The position numbers and the translations under genes are program-made. The notes beneath the pieces are model-generated. The model did no database searches. It saw nothing but the letters and a program-made list of their open reading frames with translations, and was not told where the DNA came from. 64,000 nt of DNA from Trueperaceae bacterium. GTDB lineage: Bacteria; Deinococcota; Deinococci; Deinococcales; Trueperaceae. How positions within the stretch are numbered: the first letter of the stretch is position 1; each line of letters starts with the position of its first letter. Shown piece by piece: positions 17,135-27,262 of this stretch. The stretch spans positions 2,880,001-2,944,000 of the forward strand of contig OZ243913.1 in the NCBI GenBank assembly GCA_965213705.1. Direction: 5' to 3'.

Positions 17135-19903
17135 CTAGCCCGTGTTCCGCATCCCCGCCGCCACGCCCAGCAAACTCACCCGTACCGCGTAGTCCAGGCC
17201 GACGCGTTCCTCGCTCTCTTCGGGCAGGCTGCGCAAGCGTTTCAGCAGTTCGACCTGGAGGTAAGAAATCGGGTCGACGTAAGGGTTGCGCAGTTCGATG
17301 GCTCGAGCCAACGTCGCGTCGTGCTCCAACAACTTCGAGCCCGTCGCCCGCTCAACTTGACGCAGGCTTAACTCGTACTCGTCACGGATAAGCGGCCAGA
17401 AGGTGTCGCGCAGGTCTTGAGGCACAAGCTCTAAATAAGTTTCGAAAATCCCCAAGTCCGCCTTGGCGAGACTCATTTGCGCAAAGTCCAGGACGGTTTT
17501 GAAAAAGGGCCAGGTCTCGTACATTTCGGTGACCGTTTCGTCGTCCAGCAGGCTCAAACCCGTGCCTATTCCGAACCAGCCCGGCAGGTTGGCGCGGCAC
17601 TGCGTCCAGGAGAACACCCAGGGAATCGCGCGCAGGTTCTGGAGCGACTTTTCGCCCTTGCGCCGCGCCGGGCGCGAACCGATGTCGAGGCGGCTGATTT
17701 CTTCGATGGGCGTGACCGCGTGGTAGAAGTCTAAAAAACCGTCGTGCTCGAGCAAACCCCGGTACTGCGCCTGCGCGGCCTCGCTGGCGCGCTCCAGCGC
17801 CTCGCGGTAGCGCTTCTTGAGGGGCGGCAACTCGCGCTCGTCTCGAGCCGACGACAAGATAAAGGCGTAAGCAACCTGCTCTAAGTGCCGGTGCGCCAGG
17901 TCGGGGTCGGCGTAGCGCTCGGACAGGGCTTCGCCCTGCTCGGTCAGTCGCATCCGGCCGCCGAGCGAGCCCGGCGGCTGCGCTAAAATCGCCTGTCCGC
18001 TCGGGCCGCCGCCCCGCCCGATGCTGGTGCCACGCCCGTGGAACAGCCGCAGCGGCACGCCCGCCGCGCGGCACACCGCGGCGATGCTCGCTTGCGCCTC
18101 GTAGAGCGCCCAGTTCGCCGCCAAAAAGCCGACGTCTTTGTTCGAGTCCGAGTAACCTATCATCACCTCCTGCACGCCGCGCCGCTCGACGTGGGCGCGG
18201 TAAGCGGGCAGCGCGAACAGGCGCTCCAGCACCGCCGGAGCATTGACCAAATCCTCACCCGTTTCGAACAGCGGCGTGGGGTCGATGTCGCTCAACCCGG
18301 CTTGTTTGGCGAGCACCAAGGGTTCCAACACGTCCGAAGCGCCCTCGGTCATCGAAACCACGTAGCCGCCGGTCGCACCCGTGCCGAATTTTTGCTGCAC
18401 GCGCTTGAACACGCGCAAAAAAGCCAGGGCGCGGGTCGTCTCTTCGGCCAGGGGCGCGTCGGGTGGGGCGAGGGGCCGTTTCGAGGTCAGTTCTTCGGCG
18501 AGGAGCGCGACGCGTTCGTCCTCATCCAGACTCGCGTAACTGTTGGTCACACCTGCGTACTCGAGCAGGTCGGCGACGGCGCGTTCGTGAACCTGCGAGT
18601 GCTCGCGGAGGTCGAGCGCGGCGAGTTCGAAGCCGAAGGCGGCCGCGCGGTAGCGGGCGGGCCTTACAAAGGCGCGCGCCGCTCGAGCACCCTGACCGCG
18701 GCGCAGCGTCGCCTCGACGAGGCCCAAGTCCTCCAGGTAGCCCTGCGTGTTGCCGGGATAGCCCGCGTCGGGCGCGCTCGCGTCGGCGGGCAACGCCTCA
18801 CTCGCCTCGGCGTTCAGGGCGCGGTGCATAAAGAGGAGTTTTTGCCGGTAGGGCTCGCCGCCGAAACGGTCGGGCAGCCCTTGCTGTTTGAAAAGCGTTT
18901 GTAAGTCGTCGCGAAAAGAGCGCGTCAGACTCACGCGCTCCTCCCACTGCGACAGGCGCTGGACCAGCAGGTCGAGGTCGGCGCGGTAGGTCTCGAGCGC
19001 CAGTTCGGACTGGAGTTCGTAGGCCGCGACGGTGACTTCCGGCGTGACGAACGGGTTGCCGTCGCGGTCACCGCCTATCCAGGAGCGGAACTTGACCACG
19101 GGCGGCAGCGGCGCTTCAGCTCCGGCAGTTGCGCCGAAGTAGGTCTCGAGCGCACTCTCCAGGTCGAGCATAAGTCGCGGCACGGCTTCCAACAGCGAGC
19201 GCCGGTAGTAGTAGAGCGCGCTCTTGACCTCGTCCAAGACGGTCGGCTTTTCGGAGAACAGCTCGCGCGTTTGCCACAGGGTGGCGATTTCGGCGAAGAT
19301 TTCCTCGGTCAACAGCGCGCTCGCCTGCGGCGACAGCACCCGTTCGCCCAGTAGCCGCAACGCTTCGGCGATGCGCTCGAGCTTCAGCCGCACCGTGTAG
19401 CGCTTAACCTCGGTCGGGTGAGCGGTGAGGGTGAGCTGGATGTCCAACTTTTCGACGAAACGCCGCACCTCGGCGCGCGACCAACCCTCGTCCAGAAGCG
19501 ACTTCAAGGCCGCCGCGACCGACTCGCTGCGCGGCGCGTCCACGCTCGCCGCGCCCTCGCGCAGGCGGTTGACCCGCACCCGGTGAATCTCCTCGGCTAG
19601 GTTGATGAGCTGAAAGTACACCGTAAAGGCGCGCAGCACCCGCTCGGCCGTCGCCAGACTGAGGCCCTCCAGGAGCGTTTTGAGTTCCGCGCCGAGGGCG
19701 GGGTCGGCGTGGGCGCGGATGTTTTTGGTCAGCGCGCGCACCCGCTCGACGAGTTCGAACACCCGCTCGCCCTCCAACTCGGTGATGACCGTGCCCAGGG
19801 CGCTGCCTAAAAAGTCGACGTCGGCCCGCAGCTTGTCGAAAGCCTCGTCGTAGTTGGTGGTTGGTTGTGCATTTGAGACAGGTTTCAGTGGCACAGTCGT
19901 CAA
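17135..19903 (-). CDS. ppc: Phosphoenolpyruvate carboxylase
   Basis: LTAHPTE, SWIGGDRDGNP, QEVMIGYSDSNKD, FHGRG..IGRGGGP, LRAIPW, C-terminal MRNTG. Confidence 0.97.
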   Translation of the reverse strand: MTTVPLKPVSNAQPTTNYDEAFDKLRADVDFLGSALGTVITELEGERVFELVERVRALTKNIRAHADPALGAELKTLLEGLSLATAERVLRAFTVYFQLINLAEEIHRVRVNRLREGAASVDAPRSESVAAALKSLLDEGWSRAEVRRFVEKLDIQLTLTAHPTEVKRYTVRLKLERIAEALRLLGERVLSPQASALLTEEIFAEIATLWQTRELFSEKPTVLDEVKSALYYYRRSLLEAVPRLMLDLESALETYFGATAGAEAPLPPVVKFRSWIGGDRDGNPFVTPEVTVAAYELQSELALETYRADLDLLVQRLSQWEERVSLTRSFRDDLQTLFKQQGLPDRFGGEPYRQKLLFMHRALNAEASEALPADASAPDAGYPGNTQGYLEDLGLVEATLRRGQGARAARAFVRPARYRAAAFGFELAALDLREHSQVHERAVADLLEYAGVTNSYASLDEDERVALLAEELTSKRPLAPPDAPLAEETTRALAFLRVFKRVQQKFGTGATGGYVVSMTEGASDVLEPLVLAKQAGLSDIDPTPLFETGEDLVNAPAVLERLFALPAYRAHVERRGVQEVMIGYSDSNKDVGFLAANWALYEAQASIAAVCRAAGVPLRLFHGRGTSIGRGGGPSGQAILAQPPGSLGGRMRLTEQGEALSERYADPDLAHRHLEQVAYAFILSSARDERELPPLKKRYREALERASEAAQAQYRGLLEHDGFLDFYHAVTPIEEISRLDIGSRPARRKGEKSLQNLRAIPWVFSWTQCRANLPGWFGIGTGLSLLDDETVTEMYETWPFFKTVLDFAQMSLAKADLGIFETYLELVPQDLRDTFWPLIRDEYELSLRQVERATGSKLLEHDATLARAIELRNPYVDPISYLQVELLKRLRSLPEESEERVGLDYAVRVSLLGVAAGMRNTG

Positions 19904-20086
19904 CTCCCGTGGGACTAGGTTCGTGGCTGGCAGGGTCGAAGCGTTTGTCTATCGAGACAAAGGGCGAATACCGCTTCCGCTAGCGAAGTATACCGTCGCA
20001 CAAGGCTCGAGTCACAAAATTTCGGGGCTCACCTTGCGCTCGGCCGCGCCAGGTTTCTTTCCAGGCGTAAAGTTATCATTAGGTCG

Positions 20087-21451
20087 GTGATTACCCGCCC
20101 AGCAGCCATCAAAGCCGTGACCAAAGCAACCTGGCGCGGCTTGTACTCGCTCTGTTTGTGCAGCCTGATTTGCGGCTTGCCCGTTTACGGCGCGTCGTTC
20201 AGCGATTTGGCGGAGAGTTCGTTCCCCGAAGCGGTCCGCGTGTCGGCTGGTGCCGGTTTGATAACCGGTTACCCGGACGGGACGTTCAAACCCTCCCTGA
20301 CGGTGACGCGCGCCGAACTCGTCGCTACCGCCCTGCGGTTGGCGGGCGACGCAGCTACTGACAAGGTCGCGACGGACTCGAGCTGTTTCGAAGACGTCAA
20401 ACCGAACGCCTGGTACGCAGGCGCGGTGTGTCTTGCTAAGACACGCGGTTTCGTCAGCGGCGTGACCGCAACGCGCTTCGAGCCCGAAGCGCCCGTGAGC
20501 ACCGCGCAGGCCCTCAAAATCTTGCTGCTGGCGAACAAGTCGGCACTCGAGCCTGAGACGCCCGGCTCGCCCTGGTACGCCCACTACTATCGGCGGGCCG
20601 AAACGCTCGGCTTGAGCGTGTCCCCGGCTCGAAGCGCCCCCCTGACGCGGGACGAGTTGGCCCAGCTTCTCTTCTCGCTGCTGAGAACGAAAGCTATTTT
20701 CCAAGACAGGGTGCTGCCCTCGAGCGGCTGTGGCAGAGAGAGCCCGCTGCCCGACACACTTACCGTCAGCGGAGTAGAGCGCAACTTCATCGTTTCAGAC
20801 GCAAACGATAGGTCTACCCCGCAACGCCTCGTTTTCGCCTTTCACGGCCGCACGAGTTCGAACACCCAGGTGCGCCGCTACTATGGGCTCGAGCCCGCGC
20901 CCGACACGGTTTTCATTTATCCGAGCGGCTTGCCCGAGGGCGGGGGGTTTTCTTGGGCCGACGCCGAAGGTGCGCCGGACTACGCCCTGTTCGACGCGCT
21001 GCTCGACGCGTTCGCGCGCGAAACGTGTGTCGACCTGGCCCGCGTGTTCGTCGTCGGCCACTCGCTCGGGGCGTCGTTCGCCAACAGTTTGGGGTGCGCT
21101 CGAGGCGACCGCGTTCGGGGGGTCGGCAGTTTGGGTGGCGGCATCACGGCGGAGGGGTGTCGGGGCAAGGTTGCGGCAATAGTGTTTCACAACCCGGCCG
21201 ACCGGCTCGTCCCGTTCGGCGAGGGCGAGCACGTTCGCGACGAGTTTTTAGCGCAGAACGGGCTCAGTGGGCCAGCTCTAGCCACCGAGCCCGCCGCTTT
21301 CAACTGCGTGCGCTACGGTGAGGCCACTGAACACTTCCCCGTTAGCTGGTGCCCGCACACGTTCGACTACGCCTATGACGGAACGTATTACCCTCACAAC
21401 TGGCCGCGCGGCACCGGGCAAGTCATCATGACTTTCTTAAACGAGCTGTGA
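20087..21451 (+). CDS. Secreted S-layer-homology (SLH) domain protein fused to a PHB-depolymerase/LpqP-like esterase
   Basis: Signal-like N-terminus, SLH motifs GYPDGTFKP..VTRAE and FEDV...WY; C-terminal FAFHG and GHSLGA. Confidence 0.8.
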   Translation: MITRPAAIKAVTKATWRGLYSLCLCSLICGLPVYGASFSDLAESSFPEAVRVSAGAGLITGYPDGTFKPSLTVTRAELVATALRLAGDAATDKVATDSSCFEDVKPNAWYAGAVCLAKTRGFVSGVTATRFEPEAPVSTAQALKILLLANKSALEPETPGSPWYAHYYRRAETLGLSVSPARSAPLTRDELAQLLFSLLRTKAIFQDRVLPSSGCGRESPLPDTLTVSGVERNFIVSDANDRSTPQRLVFAFHGRTSSNTQVRRYYGLEPAPDTVFIYPSGLPEGGGFSWADAEGAPDYALFDALLDAFARETCVDLARVFVVGHSLGASFANSLGCARGDRVRGVGSLGGGITAEGCRGKVAAIVFHNPADRLVPFGEGEHVRDEFLAQNGLSGPALATEPAAFNCVRYGEATEHFPVSWCPHTFDYAYDGTYYPHNWPRGTGQVIMTFLNEL

Positions 21452-21466
21452 AACGGGGGCTCGAGC

Positions 21467-22399
21467 CTACATTACCCGGTCGATAAACTCCCGGTTACGC
21501 ACCTCGACGGGCACGTCCATCAACTCCAAAACCCCCCGCGCCACGTGTTCGGACAGCCTGCGAAACGCCTCTTCGCCTTTTTCCTTCGTCGCCCGTTTCG
21601 GGTTGCCGATGACGCCGCTCTCGATAAACTCGTGGTGGTCCATCGGAAAGTTGAAGTAGCTATAACCCTCGAATTCAACGTCCGGCATCCCGTCTTTTTT
21701 GGCGAAGGTCTGCGGCAAAAACTCGGGGATGTGCGCTTTGGTGAACTCGGCCCGCTCCATCCGCACCGTGTCCGCGTTCCAGGCGAGGTCTTGCGAGGTC
21801 TCCAACTCCGAAGCGTGCCAACCCGGTGTTTCTTCGGGCGGGTTGTCCATCAGACCTTTCAAGATGCCCGTGTAACGCTCCATGTACGGCTTGACAAAGC
21901 CGACGAGTGCGCCCGTCTCGTAGCGCAGCTTGCGCAGCACCGGGTCGACCACTTTGATGTTCGAGCCGTGCCCGTTCACAAAGACGATGCGGTTGAAACC
22001 GTGATGGATGAGGCTCCGCGCCACGTCGTGCATGAGCCCTAACAGAGTGCTGCTCCGCACCGTAATGGTGCCGCGGCCCTCGCCGGGCTCGTGCATGTGC
22101 TGCGGCGAGTAGCCCATCCACAGGGGCGGCGTGTGCAGCACGGCGATGTGCTCGGCGACGCGCCTCGAGACTTCCACGGCCGTAATGGTGTCGGTGTAAA
22201 GCGGCAGGTGCGGGCCGTGCTGCTCTAAGCTCGCCATCGGCACGAGGATGAGGTCTTTGTGCTCGAGGTACGCACGTATATCCGTAAACGCCAAGTTACC
22301 GATGTCCCAGGACACGAACTGCTCGCGAAACGCCTCGTCGCCTTCGGTGAGGCGGGCGACACCCTGGACTTTGAGTTGGTCGCTGCTGCTTGAAATCAT
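21467..22399 (-). CDS. Creatininase / creatinine amidohydrolase family protein
   Basis: EQHGPHLPLYTD, NGHGSN, HASELETS, SGVIGNP..AT..KG. Confidence 0.9.
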   Translation of the reverse strand: MISSSSDQLKVQGVARLTEGDEAFREQFVSWDIGNLAFTDIRAYLEHKDLILVPMASLEQHGPHLPLYTDTITAVEVSRRVAEHIAVLHTPPLWMGYSPQHMHEPGEGRGTITVRSSTLLGLMHDVARSLIHHGFNRIVFVNGHGSNIKVVDPVLRKLRYETGALVGFVKPYMERYTGILKGLMDNPPEETPGWHASELETSQDLAWNADTVRMERAEFTKAHIPEFLPQTFAKKDGMPDVEFEGYSYFNFPMDHHEFIESGVIGNPKRATKEKGEEAFRRLSEHVARGVLELMDVPVEVRNREFIDRVM

Positions 22400-23622
22400 G
22401 CTCGCTCCTCCATCAAACGGATAAACAGGTTCGCCACCTCGACGCCGAACTCAGGCTCGTTGACGTGGCGCGGGGCGGTGTGAACCCGCACGTCGTCACG
22501 AAGCTCTTTTTGCAGGGTCTCGAGAAAAGCCGCGTCCGCCTCGGGGTTCCAAAAGGGGCCGTCGGGCACGTTGGGGATGGACAGGCCGCCCAAAGGCACG
22601 GCGACGGCGACCGAACCCTTAGCCGCGTTGAGCTTTTCGGCGAAGATATGGCCGAGTTGTACCATCTCCTCATGACTGGCGCGCACCAGGATGTATTCGG
22701 GGTTGTGGTCGTAGACGGGACGACCCTTTAGCTCTTCCGGCACCGTGCCGGTGTTCCACACGCTGAAGTCGATGCAGCCGGGCACCACGATTTGCGGCAG
22801 CCCCAATCGGCCAGCGATTTCCAAGCGCTCCGGCCCGCCGTCGTGGATGCCGCCGACGAGCGGGTCGTAGACTTCGTTGGTGGTGAAGTCGATGACGCCG
22901 ACGAACTGATTTTGAGTTGCCAACTCTTCCAGCGCCGGACCGCCGACGCCGTTGGAGTGGAAGATGACGGCCTCATAGCCCGCCTCGGACAAGCGCTCTT
23001 TGGCCGCCATGACCGCCTTAGTCGTATTGCCGAGCATCGTCATGGCGACGTAGCGCGTACTCGCTTCGGGGTCGGATAGCGTGTGGCCGTACGCGAGCAT
23101 TCCTTTCAGCGCCGCCGCCACGTTGTCGAACACGGTGCGGGCGACCGGGTTGAGGCCCAAAATGTCCACCACCGAATGCACGACCGTCATGTCTTTGGTG
23201 CCCACCAGCGGGCCGAAAAAGTGCCGACCCGAGGCGATGGGCGAGACGAGCACTTTCGGCACCCCGAAAGGCAACTCTTGCAGCGCCGCCGCGCCCATCA
23301 CCGCGCCCTCCGCGCCGCCCATGCTGACGGCAGCGTCGACTTTTCCCGCAGCGTAAAGCTCTGCCATTAGCTTCTGCAGCGCCGCGCGCATCCCCCGCAC
23401 CGCCTCGCCCCGGCTGCCCGCCCCACGTAGGGCCTCGAGGGTCGTGCCGCCGTACCCCGCCACCGCCCTGCGGTCGATGTCCGGCACAATCCCCAAAGGC
23501 TCCCCCAAAATGCCCGAATCGATAACGAGCGTGTCCAAGCCCAACGCCTGCAAGCGGTCGCGCAGGTAGGCGATTTCCGGCCCCTTGGTGTCGAGGGTGC
23601 CGATGACGGCGACGGTTTTCAT
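22396..23622 (-). CDS. Tm-1-like ATP-binding domain protein (UPF0261), paralogue 1
   Basis: [37 protein letters not shown]. Confidence 0.9.
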   Translation of the reverse strand: MKTVAVIGTLDTKGPEIAYLRDRLQALGLDTLVIDSGILGEPLGIVPDIDRRAVAGYGGTTLEALRGAGSRGEAVRGMRAALQKLMAELYAAGKVDAAVSMGGAEGAVMGAAALQELPFGVPKVLVSPIASGRHFFGPLVGTKDMTVVHSVVDILGLNPVARTVFDNVAAALKGMLAYGHTLSDPEASTRYVAMTMLGNTTKAVMAAKERLSEAGYEAVIFHSNGVGGPALEELATQNQFVGVIDFTTNEVYDPLVGGIHDGGPERLEIAGRLGLPQIVVPGCIDFSVWNTGTVPEELKGRPVYDHNPEYILVRASHEEMVQLGHIFAEKLNAAKGSVAVAVPLGGLSIPNVPDGPFWNPEADAAFLETLQKELRDDVRVHTAPRHVNEPEFGVEVANLFIRLMEERA

Positions 23623-23707
23623 TGGCTCACTTTCTAAGCTTCAGTTGACGTTGGAAAATACAGAGGAGAAAGAGAGAAAAGGTCTCCCCATCTCCTCCAC
23701 CCCCATC

Positions 23708-24595
23708 TCACTTAATCAGGGGCAACAGCGTCTTGGCCGTCTCCTCGACGAGCCAGCTGTAAAACTCCTCGGACAACACGCCGCTGCCGTGGTCTTCGAT
23801 GAACTTGAGCTGCTCGGCGGTCAACTCTTTTTCGGCGGAGGCGGTGGCGTTTTTGTACGGGTTGGCCGGGGTGCGGTCTAAAGGCGCGACAAACTCGACG
23901 GTTAAAGCGCCGTCGTAGCCGACTTCTTTGAGAGTGTTGATGATTTTCGGCCACTCGAGCGCGCCCATGCCGCAGGCCATGCGGTTGTTGTCGGCGACGT
24001 GAAAGTCGTAAATTTTGTCGCCGGTGTCGCGGATGGCCTGATAAAGGTCGGCCTCTTCCATATTCATGTGATAAGCGTCGAGGCAAACGCCACAGTCCGG
24101 GCCGACCGCGTTGGCAAGTGCCAGCGCCTGGTCGTGGCGGCTGATGAAGTTCGTCTCGAAGCGGTTCAAGGGTTCCACCGCGACGCAAACGCCCTCTTTT
24201 TGCGCGTGGTCGTAGACCTCTTTCAAACCCGCGACGGCCCAATCCCACTCGATTTCGGGGTCGGCTTGAGCGTTCACCTTGCCGACTTCGGACGGGACGA
24301 TGCTCATGACAGTGCCGTCGAGTTCTTTGACAAAGGTGACGCAGTCTTTGAGGTACTTGACCGTCTTCTCGCGCCCGGCCTCGTCGGCTTGAATGAGGTC
24401 TAAGCCGGTGAACATGAGGCTGATAGCGCCCCAACAGCGCAAACCGTTGTCTTTGAGAAGCTTGTGAACCTCTTTGGTATCGTACTTGTCGGGCTCGCCG
24501 CCGATTTCGATGCTCTCGTAACCGTACTTAGCGAGGCGGCGAATCGTGACCTCGAGCGGTTCGGCGCGCATCCAGTTGTGCATGGACAGGTGCAT
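23708..24595 (-). CDS. Sugar phosphate isomerase/epimerase (D-tagatose/D-psicose 3-epimerase-like TIM barrel)
   Basis: EPLNRFET, LDAYHMNMEE, FHVADNNR, TVEF metal ligands. Confidence 0.88.
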   Translation of the reverse strand: MHLSMHNWMRAEPLEVTIRRLAKYGYESIEIGGEPDKYDTKEVHKLLKDNGLRCWGAISLMFTGLDLIQADEAGREKTVKYLKDCVTFVKELDGTVMSIVPSEVGKVNAQADPEIEWDWAVAGLKEVYDHAQKEGVCVAVEPLNRFETNFISRHDQALALANAVGPDCGVCLDAYHMNMEEADLYQAIRDTGDKIYDFHVADNNRMACGMGALEWPKIINTLKEVGYDGALTVEFVAPLDRTPANPYKNATASAEKELTAEQLKFIEDHGSGVLSEEFYSWLVEETAKTLLPLIK

Positions 24596-24718
24596 TTCTT
24601 ACCTCCTGGGAAAAGAGAAGCGTCGTTCGTTGTTCGTGATTCGTAAAAGCTCGTCCACCTCTGAAAAAGGGTAAATATTGGATAAAGACAAGTCGAAGTA
24701 TCGAATCCAAAGGGCCTC

Positions 24719-25822
24719 CTAAAGGGCCAAGTGTTCAGCCAAGAGTTCGTACAAACCCCGCACCTCGAGCCCGAATTCACCCGCGAAGCGCTGTAATTGA
24801 AACAGCGTGCCGGGGTCTTCGGTGACAAGTCTTTCAGCGCCTCGACTTTTGGCGTCGGCAAGCCGCGCTTTCGTCAGCAGGTCGGCTAAGTCCGGGCGGG
24901 CGAACTGCAACGAGGTGCTGCCGACCGGGTGCGCGCGCTCGCGCCGCCAGAACAGCTCGAGCGGTTCATTCGGCAACACGGCACTGAGCAACCGGCGCGG
25001 TGCGGCAAAGCGACCGGGCATCCGCACGGCGTGTGAGGGGTCTACATAGGCGGTGGGGACGGCGGCGTCGGAACGTGCGAACCCCAGCCGCCCCGCCGCG
25101 CGCGCGTCGTCTAAGAGACTCACGACCTCGAGCACCTCCACATCCGGCCAAGTAACGTCCAAGCGTTCGGGGTAAAGCTGCTTGAAGGTGAAAGCGTCGC
25201 CCGGCGACAAGACGAGCAGTTGCCGCGCGCTCGCCGCGGCCAGTTCTTCGAGGTGGGCTCGAGCCTGAGCTTGCGCCGTCTCGGGAAAGCCGAGTGAAGA
25301 GGCCAAATAGCCGCTGCTGCGCCCGCGCCCGATGAGGACGGGGCGAATTCCGGCGGTCTCTAACAACTTCAGCGCGGCCTCTAAAGCGCTCGGCCGGAGG
25401 TGAGGAGCTTCGTCACCGACGAACAGCGCGACCTCACCTTGCTCCCTATCTTGCTGTGTCGTCGGCGCAGGTGCGGCGTTGCCCCAGGGCGAGTGCTGGC
25501 GCTGCAATTTTTCGTGAACGTCGTAGACACTTTTGGGCGCTAAGCCCTGCGCGGTAAGCTCGGCGCGCACGGCGGCGACGGCGGCGGGCAGCGGCTGGTC
25601 GGTAACGCAGTGGGCGCGGGAGTTGCCGCCGTCGGGGTCGCTGTAGACGACGTTGACGGTCTCCTCGTTCCACTCGGTCAGCCCGCGCCGCTGCGAGGCG
25701 ATGGTGAGGGCGACGCCATGCGGGGTGAGGGTTTCGTTTTTGGTCAGGACACCAATCGGCGCGACGTGCCGACACATGAGGCAGTAGCGGCAATTATTGA
25801 TAGTGGCCTCGGCGGCTATCAC
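24719..25822 (-). CDS. (Fe-S)-binding HdrD/GlpC/GlcF-like protein with degenerate CCG domains
   Basis: N-terminal CRYCLMC; CCG-domain-like layout with most cysteines replaced. Confidence 0.75.
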   Translation of the reverse strand: MIAAEATINNCRYCLMCRHVAPIGVLTKNETLTPHGVALTIASQRRGLTEWNEETVNVVYSDPDGGNSRAHCVTDQPLPAAVAAVRAELTAQGLAPKSVYDVHEKLQRQHSPWGNAAPAPTTQQDREQGEVALFVGDEAPHLRPSALEAALKLLETAGIRPVLIGRGRSSGYLASSLGFPETAQAQARAHLEELAAASARQLLVLSPGDAFTFKQLYPERLDVTWPDVEVLEVVSLLDDARAAGRLGFARSDAAVPTAYVDPSHAVRMPGRFAAPRRLLSAVLPNEPLELFWRRERAHPVGSTSLQFARPDLADLLTKARLADAKSRGAERLVTEDPGTLFQLQRFAGEFGLEVRGLYELLAEHLAL

Positions 25823-27252
25823 GAACCGAAACCGACCTTGCCGGGGTTCATGATGTGGTTCGGGTCAATGGCGTGTTTTAGGGTCTCGAGCAGCGGCCAC
25901 GCCGAGCCGTACTGCCGCCGCATAAAGCGCGATAATTTGAGCCCGACGCCGTGGTGCTCGTTGACCATGCCGCCGTTGTCCAACACCGCCGTCATCGCCG
26001 TATTCCAGACCCGGTTGTGGAGCAGCAGCGCCTCATGCGGGTCCTCGGGCGGGTTTTTGATGATGAAGCGGCTGTAAAGGCCCGCCCCCCAGTGAAACCA
26101 GTGCGAAAAGTGGCCGATAAAGTCGATGTCCCAGTCTGAAAAGGCGCGCTCGACGGCCTCTTTTTCGGCGTGGTAAATCTGTTCGATGTTCGCAAACGTG
26201 CCGACCGTCTCGGTGGTACCGTACATCCAGGGAAAATGCAAACCCTTGGGCGGATAATAAAAGTCGTAGCGGTGCTCCCACCAGGCTTCGCCGGGCTCGC
26301 GGCCCAGGTCTTGCGCGCCCAAAGACTCACAAATGTCGAGCGCCTTTTGCTCTTGCAAGGCGGCGATGTCCGCGTCGCCGTCGAAACCGAGCACCATGTA
26401 CGCGCCCTCGTACTCGTACCCCAACACCCGCTTGACCTGCGTGACGGTCGATTTCGGGTCGTACAGTCGAATCACCGTGGGCGAAAGCCGCCGCGTCATT
26501 ATCAGTCGCCCGGCCTCTATAGCGCTTCCCAAATCGCCGAACAGCACCGCTCGGAAAAGCCTCGTTTCGGGCGGGTAGTCAACCTGCATGGTCGCCTCGG
26601 TGATGACGCCGAACGTTCCTTCCGACCCTAAGAAAAGCCGGTAAAAGTCGGGACCGGCGGCGTGGCTCGGGATTTGGGGCGTGCGGAGGATGTGGCCGTT
26701 CGGCAACACGACTTCCATCCCCAAAACGAGGTCTTCGGCCTTGCCGTACTTGGTACTGACCGTGCCCGAGCCGCGCGGGGCGAGGTAGCCGCCCAAGGTC
26801 GCGCAGTTCGCTGAGGCCGGGTAGTGGGGCAGCGTGAGGCCGCGCTCGTTCAGCGCCCACTCGAGCTGCGTCCCGTTGATGCCCGCTTGCGCCGTGACGG
26901 TCAGGGAAGATTCGTCGATGTCGAGAATCTTATCCAGGCGCTTGGTGTCCAAAATAATCCCGCCGAAGGTCGGCAGCGCTCCGCCCTGCGAGCCCGAGCC
27001 GCCGCCCCAGGGCACGACCGGCACCCGGTAGGCGTTGGCAATTTTGAGGATTTCAGAGATTTCTTGCGCCGAGCCGGGGTGGACGATGTAGTCGGGCTCA
27101 CGCAAACGTTCGCCCCGGTCGAGCCACATCTGCGGCAGCCAGAACCAGTCGGTCGAGTAGACGAGCTTGTCGGCGGCTTGGCTCGAGATGAAGTCCGCGC
27201 CGACGATTTCCTCTAACTCGCTGTAGAGCATTCCACTTTGGATTCCCGTCAT
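25819..27252 (-). CDS. FAD-binding oxidoreductase (VAO/PCMH; alkyl-DHAP-synthase/GlcD-like)
   Basis: PWGGGSG, TLGGYLA.RGSG..STKYG, GSEGTFGVITE, HHGVG, DPNHIMNPGK. Confidence 0.9.
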   Translation of the reverse strand: MTGIQSGMLYSELEEIVGADFISSQAADKLVYSTDWFWLPQMWLDRGERLREPDYIVHPGSAQEISEILKIANAYRVPVVPWGGGSGSQGGALPTFGGIILDTKRLDKILDIDESSLTVTAQAGINGTQLEWALNERGLTLPHYPASANCATLGGYLAPRGSGTVSTKYGKAEDLVLGMEVVLPNGHILRTPQIPSHAAGPDFYRLFLGSEGTFGVITEATMQVDYPPETRLFRAVLFGDLGSAIEAGRLIMTRRLSPTVIRLYDPKSTVTQVKRVLGYEYEGAYMVLGFDGDADIAALQEQKALDICESLGAQDLGREPGEAWWEHRYDFYYPPKGLHFPWMYGTTETVGTFANIEQIYHAEKEAVERAFSDWDIDFIGHFSHWFHWGAGLYSRFIIKNPPEDPHEALLLHNRVWNTAMTAVLDNGGMVNEHHGVGLKLSRFMRRQYGSAWPLLETLKHAIDPNHIMNPGKVGFGS

Positions 27253-27262
27253 CCCGACCTCC

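Noticed and set aside
21467..22399. Mycofactocin/RiPP cluster (MftE-like creatininase)
   Set aside because: No precursor peptide, RRE protein or radical SAM gene nearby
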